Below are positions 29,785 to 39,689 of a stretch of DNA of 64,000 bases, piece by piece. A program made the position numbers and the translations under genes. The notes below the pieces were generated by a model that made no database searches, was not told where the DNA came from, and worked only from the letters and a program-made list of their open reading frames with translations. Position 1 is the first letter of the stretch. The number at the start of each line of letters is the position of its first letter. The stretch is from Candidatus Obscuribacteraceae bacterium (lineage in GTDB: Bacteria; Cyanobacteriota; Vampirovibrionia; Obscuribacterales; Obscuribacteraceae), in NCBI GenBank assembly GCA_044226015.1, contig JBGAHS010000004.1, positions 576,001 through 640,000 on the forward strand, in the 5' to 3' direction.

Positions 29785-30108
29785 CTATGAGACTATGCTC
29801 GGAGCCGTAGTTGGCGATACGGCTGGAGCTGCAGCGCCTCCATTTAATTCACCGTAGCACAATTCTGGGCAGTTAGATTCAGCCATCTTGATCAACTTCG
29901 ATGCTGAGATTTCCAGTGCTACTGCCAGTCGGCTCAGTGTTTTCAATGTAGGGTTTCGCGCGCCTCGTTCGATATCGCTAATATACGTTCTGTGCAAGCC
30001 GGCTCTGTTAGCTAACTCCTCTTGTGATATTCCTAATTGTCCTCTTCTCTTGTGGACAGCATCACATACTGCAGCCAAGAAAGGATCCGGTTTCCCCTTT
30101 TGCTTCAC
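29785..30108 (-). CDS. XRE-family helix-turn-helix regulator
   Basis: GISQEELANRAGLHRTYISDIERGARNPTL. Confidence 0.92.
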   Translation of the reverse strand: MKQKGKPDPFLAAVCDAVHKRRGQLGISQEELANRAGLHRTYISDIERGARNPTLKTLSRLAVALEISASKLIKMAESNCPELCYGELNGGAAAPAVSPTTAPSIVS

Positions 30109-30366
30109 TTAGAACTCCCGTTTCGTCCAGCTTGATCCCGAACTAATAACCATAAATAACCATCTTTGATTTTGGCGAAAATACACACCAATAGTCAACA
30201 GGCTATGAGTGACTCGCTGGCGTAAACTCTGTGGGGACAGCTCTTTGCGACTCGTAGTCAATTTACATACATTTGCATTTTTGACTTTAAAGTGAAAATT
30301 GCCGTTCCGCACTTCTCAGTTGAGCCCCAGTACAAGAGGCTTTTAGCCATCAGCAAAAGAGATGCT

Positions 30367-33105
30367 TTATTTAGTCTCTTTCTTTTTAGTGCTATCTTCC
30401 TTGGCTTTTGTCTTCGAAGAATTCGTCTTGGAGACTGTTTTCGATGTCTTACTGTCGCTGGCAGCAGCGGATTTGTTAGTTGGAGCTTTTACTTCGCTCT
30501 TATTTTTTCCAGCAATTTTGTCATCGAGCGCCTGAATTGCTTGCATCAAATTGAGTGCTTCTGCATAGTTCAAAGACTCATCCGAAATGCGGAAAGCCGC
30601 TTCGTTAGCTTCAATTCGACCCATTTCTTCCTTGGCTTCTTTGTAAGTATTCGGACTGAGTCCTTTTGCTTTCGCTTCCTCTAGCTTTTTGGAAAGCGCT
30701 GCTTGCAAGGCATCAATGTCTGGCAGAGGGCTCTTTAACTTAGCTGCAGCCTCTTCGATTTGCTTATTGAGCCTGTGCATATCGACTGCAACCACCAGGT
30801 ATTCTTGATAGCTAATGCCCCCGGTTGCCCGTTTGTCAGAAACAGACGCGCCCAATTTGTCTAGCTTCTTTTTGAGTTCCTGGGAGGTATCGGCGGAAAG
30901 GCGTCCCGTCGCTAGCAGGTTGCCGAGTTTTTGCTCCAGGTCAGAATGTGCGCGGTCCACAATTGGAAGTGTAATTGGCATTACTCGAACATTTCTTTCG
31001 ACGTTGGCTTCGAGTCTCTGATAAGCGTACTCTAGAGCAAGTCGTTCACCATAGCTGAGCCCCCCATCATTTGACCGCAGAAGGGCGAAAGCTGCGCTTA
31101 TAGTGTCATACATACCGCGCAAATTTTCTGCTTCTACAGGTGAAAGTACGCCGTCTGAGAAGCCCTGTCGAATTTTCTTTTCAACATTTCCTTGTAGTGA
31201 AACAATGTCACTGGTCATAACTTGTTTGTCGCGTATTTCGCGATCAAGTTGCTGCCACGTTTTTTCCAGTGAAATTATAAGTTCAAGAGCCTTATCTCCG
31301 GTAAGCCCAATACTACTGCTGCGATATTCTTTCTCAGACTTTGTATTCTCGGCCAATTTTTGAAGATAGAGGTCAGCGCTGGCATTGTTAAGTCTGCCGG
31401 ATGATAAGCCTTCATTCACAAGGCTTTCTATTTGATCTCTGCGCTTTTCTATACCTGGATAAAACGCCGCGTGTCCGTGTATTTCCTCTTCGATGTCGTT
31501 GGAGAGGCGCTCTAACTCAAATGCGATTGCAAATTTCTCGCGGGTGTTTAGTTCGTTATCGCTGGCTGCATATTTTTCCTTGACACTGTTGAGTTCGCCG
31601 AGAGACAAAATGGCTGATCTCAAATCTCCTGCGCTCAAAAGTCCAAGTGCAGCTGATTCACCTATACGGTTATCGATTGCTGAACGGAGATTATCAATAT
31701 TCGGAAGTTCCAGATCTCTATCTTTGGTTTGTTTGTCTAGTACTCCACCTAAAGATTGCAATTCCTGTGCTACCAGAATAGCCTGACCTACTGTCATTCC
31801 TCCAGATTGCTTTGTAAACTCGTCATGCTTCTTGTTCAGCAGGCTGAGTTGTTTTAAGAAGTCTCTCGATTGCTCAGGCGTGAGTCTCTTTGCCTGGAGC
31901 GCTTTTTTGTTTCGATCTGAAAGATGCGTGATACCAATTACAATACCAGACCAGAGCGTGCTCGGTGAATGTAGTTGTCGATCAATTCTGCCTTCAAGTC
32001 TGGCTATGTCGAGCTTGAGTGCTGATTCGTCTTCTTCTTTTATTGAAGCGCCTAGTTTTTCTTTTACGCTCACTATATTGTCGTAGTCTTCTCTGAGCTC
32101 GACCGTCTCAAGGGGGTTGAGTGTTCCGTTGTCGAGTGCCTTTGAAAGCTTGCTATCAATTTCCTTCAGGCGGGTCGTCAAATCCATGCCGGGCTCAAGT
32201 AACTGCTCTACCTGATTGGCAAGGTCTTCCATAGCAAGACCTAAGCTGACTTGAGGTGATTTTGGATAATAAACACTGCCGATTATCTGATCTACAGCTT
32301 GTGTCTTTTCGGATTTCTTGAATTTTTCAGACATGCTGCGCAGTTCAGCAAGTTTTTTCTTTAGCTCTTCTGCTTTTGTAGCAGAAATTTTTCCCGATTT
32401 GACACCTTCGTCCATGCGTTTTTCTATAGCATCAATACCATTGAGGTCTGGGGCTGCGATAGCTCGGGCACTGATGTCACGATGCAAGCGGGCTCCCAAA
32501 TTGTCATAGTCTATGCAGAGTGCCAGCTTGTCCAAATAAGTCAGTTTCTTCTGGCTTCTTAGCAAGAGCAATTCCATTGAAAAAACCTTGTTGAATCTCG
32601 CCTTGAGATCTGCGACTTCTTGTGGAGTGAGCCGACCATGTTTTGCCGCGTCATCAATTCTCTTGCGCAAGTCTTCTCTGGTGAACTGGAGGTCTGCTGA
32701 CGCCAAGTCTCTGTCGTGCTCTGCTGCGGAGATTGCGTCGCCAAGATTGTCAAGCATGACGTTCAATTTCGTCAGTTGCCATTGTGTGAACTTCGCATGA
32801 TGCTGTCTGAAAAGAGCTTCGGTTTCTGCAATCTGGTCGTAGGCTGATTTCAAGTCCTCGGCATCTTTCGGATTTAATCTGCCGTCTGACAAGTCTTCAA
32901 TAATGCGATGCTCTGTCGCCATCATTCGTGCATCGAAGTCTGCATAAGGTCCACTCGCCTTATTGTTCTCGTTGCTCTTGGCTGCTTCTGTAGTTTTTGT
33001 GGTGTTCGGAGCAGCCTCATCTGCAGCCATCACAGGCATCAACGCTGGCAATGCCAGGGTTGCCAGTAATCCGAAACTCAGTGCCTGCTTAAGCGATGCC
33101 TTCAT
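30367..33105 (-). CDS. Large secreted alpha-helical repeat protein
   Basis: Signal peptide after ATG 33105 (RBS GGAGG); about 10 repeats beginning G[RK]L[TNS]. Confidence 0.8.
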   Translation of the reverse strand: MKASLKQALSFGLLATLALPALMPVMAADEAAPNTTKTTEAAKSNENNKASGPYADFDARMMATEHRIIEDLSDGRLNPKDAEDLKSAYDQIAETEALFRQHHAKFTQWQLTKLNVMLDNLGDAISAAEHDRDLASADLQFTREDLRKRIDDAAKHGRLTPQEVADLKARFNKVFSMELLLLRSQKKLTYLDKLALCIDYDNLGARLHRDISARAIAAPDLNGIDAIEKRMDEGVKSGKISATKAEELKKKLAELRSMSEKFKKSEKTQAVDQIIGSVYYPKSPQVSLGLAMEDLANQVEQLLEPGMDLTTRLKEIDSKLSKALDNGTLNPLETVELREDYDNIVSVKEKLGASIKEEDESALKLDIARLEGRIDRQLHSPSTLWSGIVIGITHLSDRNKKALQAKRLTPEQSRDFLKQLSLLNKKHDEFTKQSGGMTVGQAILVAQELQSLGGVLDKQTKDRDLELPNIDNLRSAIDNRIGESAALGLLSAGDLRSAILSLGELNSVKEKYAASDNELNTREKFAIAFELERLSNDIEEEIHGHAAFYPGIEKRRDQIESLVNEGLSSGRLNNASADLYLQKLAENTKSEKEYRSSSIGLTGDKALELIISLEKTWQQLDREIRDKQVMTSDIVSLQGNVEKKIRQGFSDGVLSPVEAENLRGMYDTISAAFALLRSNDGGLSYGERLALEYAYQRLEANVERNVRVMPITLPIVDRAHSDLEQKLGNLLATGRLSADTSQELKKKLDKLGASVSDKRATGGISYQEYLVVAVDMHRLNKQIEEAAAKLKSPLPDIDALQAALSKKLEEAKAKGLSPNTYKEAKEEMGRIEANEAAFRISDESLNYAEALNLMQAIQALDDKIAGKNKSEVKAPTNKSAAASDSKTSKTVSKTNSSKTKAKEDSTKKKETK

Positions 33106-33169
33106 CGAGAGCCTTCCTCCAAGTACATATGCCAAGCAATTATAGACTTTTGTCATGGCTCTTTCTTGA

Positions 33170-34597
<1,428 letters not shown>

Positions 34598-34693
34598 ATC
34601 TTCCTGCCGAGCTTCGTAGTTTCACCATCAGTACCGACCCGAGCTATTTTCATTAGCAGCATCTTATATTATTCTCGCGTTTGTAGGAAAACT

Positions 34694-36061
34694 ATGGACG
34701 GAACTGCAATGGCTGATGGTATCGACTTTAAAGAAGCGGCTGGTGATGCCCTGAAGATGCTAAAAGACAAGCTTGGCGGCACTCAACAAGAACAACCGCA
34801 ATGGTCTATTTGGGGTCCGCAGCAGCAGCAGGCGCCGAGACAAGGTTCCGATTACCAGCCAATTCAGGGGCGCCGCATGGGAGATGCTCAGCCTATTCAA
34901 TCTCAGCCCGCTCCGGTGGCACCAGATGCGGTGCCAGCTATGCGCCCCGAACAAATGCCTGGAACAGAGCGCGCTGATGATCGTACAAAAAATCTTGTGT
35001 TTCAAGATATCAATCATGCGCAGAGTCAGACGTTTCGTCAGCAAGCAACGAGACTGTACACGTCGGCGATCGATAGAGCAAATCAGAGCAAAGACCCGAC
35101 GCTGCAAGCCATGGCTAAAGTGGAATATGGGCTTGCTAACATGAGTTGGGGTTTTACTCAGGATGGCTTTAAATGGATATTGGAGGCCGGTTCTAATAAC
35201 CCAAGCATTTACGATACCAAGTCAAATCAGTCTTTCTTGAAACGGCTGGCTCAGGCGGGAATGCCTTCTGGCGCCGTTGAGATGCTAATGCAGAAGGGAC
35301 AAGACCCCTTCTGGTACTTGAAAGATTCTGACGCTGCAAAGAAATTGGATGCAGCCATGACAGGTCCTATCTTTGTTGCCCCAGCTGATGGAGCTCAGAG
35401 TGCGCCTGGGCAGAACACTGACTATCTGGCACCACCAAAAGACCGACCTGATCAAATCAATCCTCAGCTTGACCCACCGCCGAGACCGGGTTCAAACACG
35501 TGGATGAGCCAGCAAGTAAAAGTTGCATTGGAAACAGCTTCGCAAGAAAAAAACTGGCAAAATGCTTTTGGTGTCTATAAACAAGCTGTAGATATGGCAG
35601 ATAGAAGCAGAGATGTATCTCTTCAAGCCTATACCAGGGTTGAAACTGGATTAGCGTTGATGAAATGGGGCAACGTAGAAATGGGTTACAAGTGGATTCT
35701 CGACGCAGGTGTGAAGAATCCATCCATCTATGACAGTCGCAGCAATCAAGGTTTTGTCGAGCGCTTGAACAGTGCCGGCATTCCCAAGCCAGCGGTTGAA
35801 ATGCTTCTGAGTAATGGACAAAGAGATCCAAAATGGGGGGTAAAAGACCCTGATGCTGCTAAACGGCTTGAATCCGTGACACGTAACCCACAGCAGCAAA
35901 GCAGACCAACAGTGCTTCCTCCTGGCGATGACAGACGCCCACCTGAGTACCGTCCATCTTTTCCAACTGGACTGCCTTTTCCAGGTTCAGATAGCAAGCC
36001 TTCAGTTTTGTCGCAACCGCAAGATGATGGTCACAAAAAGAAGAGCCCTTTCAGCAGATAA
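34694..36061 (+). CDS. Hypothetical protein with a tandemly duplicated ~100-aa domain
   Basis: Two copies of the G[FY]KWIL[ED]AG..NPSIYD..SNQ.F domain between Pro/Gln-rich linkers. Confidence 0.8.
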   Translation: MDGTAMADGIDFKEAAGDALKMLKDKLGGTQQEQPQWSIWGPQQQQAPRQGSDYQPIQGRRMGDAQPIQSQPAPVAPDAVPAMRPEQMPGTERADDRTKNLVFQDINHAQSQTFRQQATRLYTSAIDRANQSKDPTLQAMAKVEYGLANMSWGFTQDGFKWILEAGSNNPSIYDTKSNQSFLKRLAQAGMPSGAVEMLMQKGQDPFWYLKDSDAAKKLDAAMTGPIFVAPADGAQSAPGQNTDYLAPPKDRPDQINPQLDPPPRPGSNTWMSQQVKVALETASQEKNWQNAFGVYKQAVDMADRSRDVSLQAYTRVETGLALMKWGNVEMGYKWILDAGVKNPSIYDSRSNQGFVERLNSAGIPKPAVEMLLSNGQRDPKWGVKDPDAAKRLESVTRNPQQQSRPTVLPPGDDRRPPEYRPSFPTGLPFPGSDSKPSVLSQPQDDGHKKKSPFSR

Positions 36062-36113
36062 TTGAGCATAATGTGTTCTGCTGGAAAGAAACTTCAAAGG
36101 ACTTGCAGTCTCT

Positions 36114-36428
36114 TTATAGCAGAGTGCTGATCAGGTCAAAATACTGTTCAAGGTCATTTCTCGATATGCCATCGAGTTCAGCATCATCGCATGCCTCTGC
36201 GATTTGTTCGTGATTATCCAGAAGGAAGACCAGGAATTTTTGTTCAGTTTGGTCCAGATCAGCGGCTATTGCTACTTCGAGTTCTTTGCGTGAAATAAAA
36301 CCATTTTTGTCTTTATCAAGTTTGTCAAACGAGTTGTAGGCGAAATTTTTTATTGCTTGCAATTGATCACTTACATTGCTGCCGTCACCAACGATGTCTG
36401 AGAACCATGCGTTGCTATCGTTTGCCAT
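36114..36428 (-). CDS. EF-hand calcium-binding protein
   Basis: Canonical loop DKDKNGFISRKE plus a degenerate second loop (DGISRNDL). Confidence 0.75.
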   Translation of the reverse strand: MANDSNAWFSDIVGDGSNVSDQLQAIKNFAYNSFDKLDKDKNGFISRKELEVAIAADLDQTEQKFLVFLLDNHEQIAEACDDAELDGISRNDLEQYFDLISTLL

Positions 36429-36585
36429 AATGCCCCCATATTTCACACGACTATCTCATGCCCCATTGCAGCACTAGTTCAACAATCAGACCGATAAAAT
36501 AGATTGTTTGCCCAAGAAAGCGAATAATCTGCGAATAATCTGATCTGAATGGCGAATAAAGTCTAAAGACCCGGGCATAAAGGCC

Positions 36586-38037
36586 TTGGAGGGTGGGGTG
36601 AAAGAAACGGCTGCAGATTTCAAATCTCTTTTGGAATGGCAAGAACAGCGGTGGGGTAACGACCACCCGAAGATTGTTGCCAGCCTTGAAGCGCTCGCTG
36701 ACCTTCTGCAAATGCAGGGGAAATATGTCGAGGCTGAACCGCTCTATTGGCAGATTTTAGAAAAGAAGCACAAGCTGTATGGTGCCAACGACCTTCGCGT
36801 GGCGGATACTATTTATGACCTCGCTTGCCTCCATGAATTGCAAGAAAATTGGGCTGAGTGCGAGCGACTTTACAAATGGACTTGCGACATTAGGTGCAAG
36901 CTTTTGCCTGCTGGAAATACCACGCTGGATGATTCCGTCAACAAAGTGAAAGAGATTGCATCTAAGCAGGGCCACGAGATTGACGAATCGCAGCTTCAGC
37001 CTGCAGGAGAAAAGGCTGTCGCTGCTGGTGTTCCAATCGTAAATGCTAGAGCATTTGATTGGAGTTCTTACATGGACAAAGTTCGTGCGCTTGTTCTTGA
37101 ACGTGATTTCGCTCAAGCTGAGAGTATTCTGCGTTGTCTGGTAGATGTGGCGGAAGCCTATCAGGCTGATACGCTGGCTCATGCTGAAACATTGCATATG
37201 CTTGCTAAGGTTCAGTTTCACAAGAAACATGTCCAAGAAAGCTTGAAGTCTTACGAAAAGACCCTGGCGCTTTACGAAAAGGTGTGTGGAACCGTTAGCC
37301 GGGAAACTGCTGGGTGCCTTGAAGATATGGCCGATTTGCATTGCAAGCTGGCGGAAAAATCAGAGGCGGATTTTCTCTTTAAATGGGCTTTGCAAATTCT
37401 TGAGTCGCAAGGAGCCGATGCAGAGCAGCAAGCGGTTCGAGTGAGAGCCAAGCTGGAGTCGATCGATGAGCTTTGCTCGGGTAAGACCGAGAATATTAGT
37501 GTGAAAAAGAGTGGCGAAATCAATCTTGGAAATGGTGATCAAAAGATTGATATCACAAGCGATGAAATGCCGAAGTCCGAAGACCAGGTGGCCGCATTTT
37601 TGTGGAATCAATATTTGAGCACTGGGAAAAAGGCACTGGAAAAAGGTGATATGACTGGTGCGGAAATGATGTTTTCGCGTGCGCTTGAGAAAGCCAATGA
37701 ATTTGGTGTGCAGGACCCGCGTCTATGGCAGACGCTCTGTGATACTGCCTCGGTATATGCAGCGCAAGGGAAAAAAGTTCGAGCTGAAGCTCTCTACCGC
37801 TCGGCGCAGCAGCTATGTGAAAAAACACTGGGACCGCATCATCCAGACAATGCAAAATTCTGGGACATACTCGGTGGGTTCTATGAGAGTTTGAAAGATA
37901 ATGTTCAGGCAGCTATTTGTTACGACAGGCTGGTGAATATTCAGGTTAAGGCAAATAGACCGCTGGTTGAATATGCAGCCTATTTGAAAAAACTCGAAAA
38001 ACTGCATGAGAGGCCGCCTGCAAGTTTCTTCGAGTAA
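36586..38037 (+). CDS. Tetratricopeptide-repeat protein
   Basis: HP..VASLEALADL...QGKY.EAEPLY and further KLC-type TPRs. Confidence 0.88.
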   Translation: MEGGVKETAADFKSLLEWQEQRWGNDHPKIVASLEALADLLQMQGKYVEAEPLYWQILEKKHKLYGANDLRVADTIYDLACLHELQENWAECERLYKWTCDIRCKLLPAGNTTLDDSVNKVKEIASKQGHEIDESQLQPAGEKAVAAGVPIVNARAFDWSSYMDKVRALVLERDFAQAESILRCLVDVAEAYQADTLAHAETLHMLAKVQFHKKHVQESLKSYEKTLALYEKVCGTVSRETAGCLEDMADLHCKLAEKSEADFLFKWALQILESQGADAEQQAVRVRAKLESIDELCSGKTENISVKKSGEINLGNGDQKIDITSDEMPKSEDQVAAFLWNQYLSTGKKALEKGDMTGAEMMFSRALEKANEFGVQDPRLWQTLCDTASVYAAQGKKVRAEALYRSAQQLCEKTLGPHHPDNAKFWDILGGFYESLKDNVQAAICYDRLVNIQVKANRPLVEYAAYLKKLEKLHERPPASFFE

Positions 38038-38157
38038 TTGCAACTCAGTTAGAGCAATCGCAAGTAAGCTTGCAGTCAAATAATACAGTCTTGAGTCGAC
38101 CGGAGCATCGCAAAGATTGCAAGTCAGATATAGCTTGTCTTGGAATTGACTTGACAT

Positions 38158-39597
38158 TTAAGTTTCTTCGTAACCCTTTTTCGTCTTCTCTGCGATGATG
38201 TCATCGTAGTATTTTGTTGCCGCAGCGTCGTTCGAAAATGATTTGGATTTTTCCTGTCCATTAGTGCCTTTTCGTCCGAATTTTACAATCACATCAGTTC
38301 CTGATTTTTTGACATGCCAGAATTTATCTGAGCTTCCTTCGCTAAATTCGAAGCATCTCCATTCACTTTCATCCGAACCAATTGTGTTATTAGTGCTTGC
38401 TGATTCCGCTGGCTTTTTTTCAAGCTTTGGTTTAGATTCAACCGTTGATTTTGCTTCGGGGTTTTGTTTTGTTCCTGAGTTCACCATTGTGCTGACTTTG
38501 TTGCTCTCGCTTGCCACTGCTGGCGGTGCTGATTCTAGCCTGGCTTTCGGGCTAAGATCAAGATCAGTGCGTTTTCTCACGTAAGAAGGAAAACGCGGCA
38601 CTCCTCGGTCAGATAGCTCTTGGTAGCGGAATGTGATCACGGTTCCCACTGCTGGTGGTGCTTCTCGTTCGGCGTCTGAGAAACCGGTTCCGACAGAAAA
38701 TCTTGTGCCATCTGCTAATTCCACAACTAAGGCACCCAGTCGTCCTTTGTGTTTTCCCGTTCCTGGTTGATGTTCCAAAACTGTTGCTTCGGCGTCATGG
38801 AATGATTTAACTTTCAGCAGCGTGGAAGAACGGCCGACTTCGTATTTCGAAGCAGGCTTTCGAAGCATCAGTCCTTCTCCGCCTATTGACTCTACGCGTG
38901 CGAGTTCTTCCCTGAGATGATCCTCATCGTTGCAACGCACGTGCACATGGGCGTGAACGTAGTGCGACCCAATCTCGTCGAGTAGTTGCTGAATAAAAGC
39001 CACCCGTGCTTCAAACACCTCATCTATTAGAGGCGCATCGAAAACAACGAAACGAATGTCTCTCCACTCTTCACTCTTATCTTGCCGTCTCACAACTCCT
39101 ACGGCACGCTGAAATAGCTTTCGCCCCATCCAAAGCTCTCCGTCGAGGTGGACATCTTTCGGTAGGTCTTCTACAAACCAATCCGGAGCAAGATACACAT
39201 TTCCCTGGCGGGAAATGAATTTATTTCCGTCCCAATAAGCTCTTACTCCATCTAGCTTTTCACTCATCCACCAGCCATGAAGGTCAATGTCGCCTTCCCA
39301 GGAGTGAGCCAGAAGAAGTCCAGGAACGGAAGAGTCGCCACCTTCTTCTGAGCTAGAAGCAGATTTCGTTTTTGTGCGAGGCGATTTTTCTGGTAATTCA
39401 GTACCGATTCTATTTTTCTCGAAATCTTCGCCTAAGTATTGCCGAAGGTGTTTGCAAGTTCGTTTTTCAATGGCAATTGATTGATTTCTCCAAGCAGGGC
39501 AACTGCATGAATAAACTCCGCCAGAATTCTTGAGGATATACGGGTCTTTTGCGGACCCCTTCACCTCGGCTGTTTCGCCGTCATTCAGAGTATTCAT
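38158..39597 (-). CDS. ATP-dependent DNA ligase with an N-terminal SWIM zinc finger and a C-terminal WGR domain
   Basis: YSCSCPAW...CKHL (SWIM); SEKLDG, DGELW, EGLMLR and LLKVK ligase motifs; OB fold (PRFP); C-terminal SDKFW...FGRKG..GQ...K..KGY (WGR). Confidence 0.92.
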   Translation of the reverse strand: MNTLNDGETAEVKGSAKDPYILKNSGGVYSCSCPAWRNQSIAIEKRTCKHLRQYLGEDFEKNRIGTELPEKSPRTKTKSASSSEEGGDSSVPGLLLAHSWEGDIDLHGWWMSEKLDGVRAYWDGNKFISRQGNVYLAPDWFVEDLPKDVHLDGELWMGRKLFQRAVGVVRRQDKSEEWRDIRFVVFDAPLIDEVFEARVAFIQQLLDEIGSHYVHAHVHVRCNDEDHLREELARVESIGGEGLMLRKPASKYEVGRSSTLLKVKSFHDAEATVLEHQPGTGKHKGRLGALVVELADGTRFSVGTGFSDAEREAPPAVGTVITFRYQELSDRGVPRFPSYVRKRTDLDLSPKARLESAPPAVASESNKVSTMVNSGTKQNPEAKSTVESKPKLEKKPAESASTNNTIGSDESEWRCFEFSEGSSDKFWHVKKSGTDVIVKFGRKGTNGQEKSKSFSNDAAATKYYDDIIAEKTKKGYEET

Positions 39598-39689
39598 GGC
39601 GCTTCTCTCCAGCGGGACATTCTAACTGTGCCCCGACTGAAGATGACGAAAACGCTGCGGAGCTAAGTATCCTGAATAGCTGTTACAAA

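Noticed and set aside
29785..30108. Controller (C) protein of a restriction-modification or toxin-antitoxin system
   Set aside because: The sequence is C-protein-like, but no methylase, nuclease or toxin gene is adjacent; kept as a generic XRE regulator.
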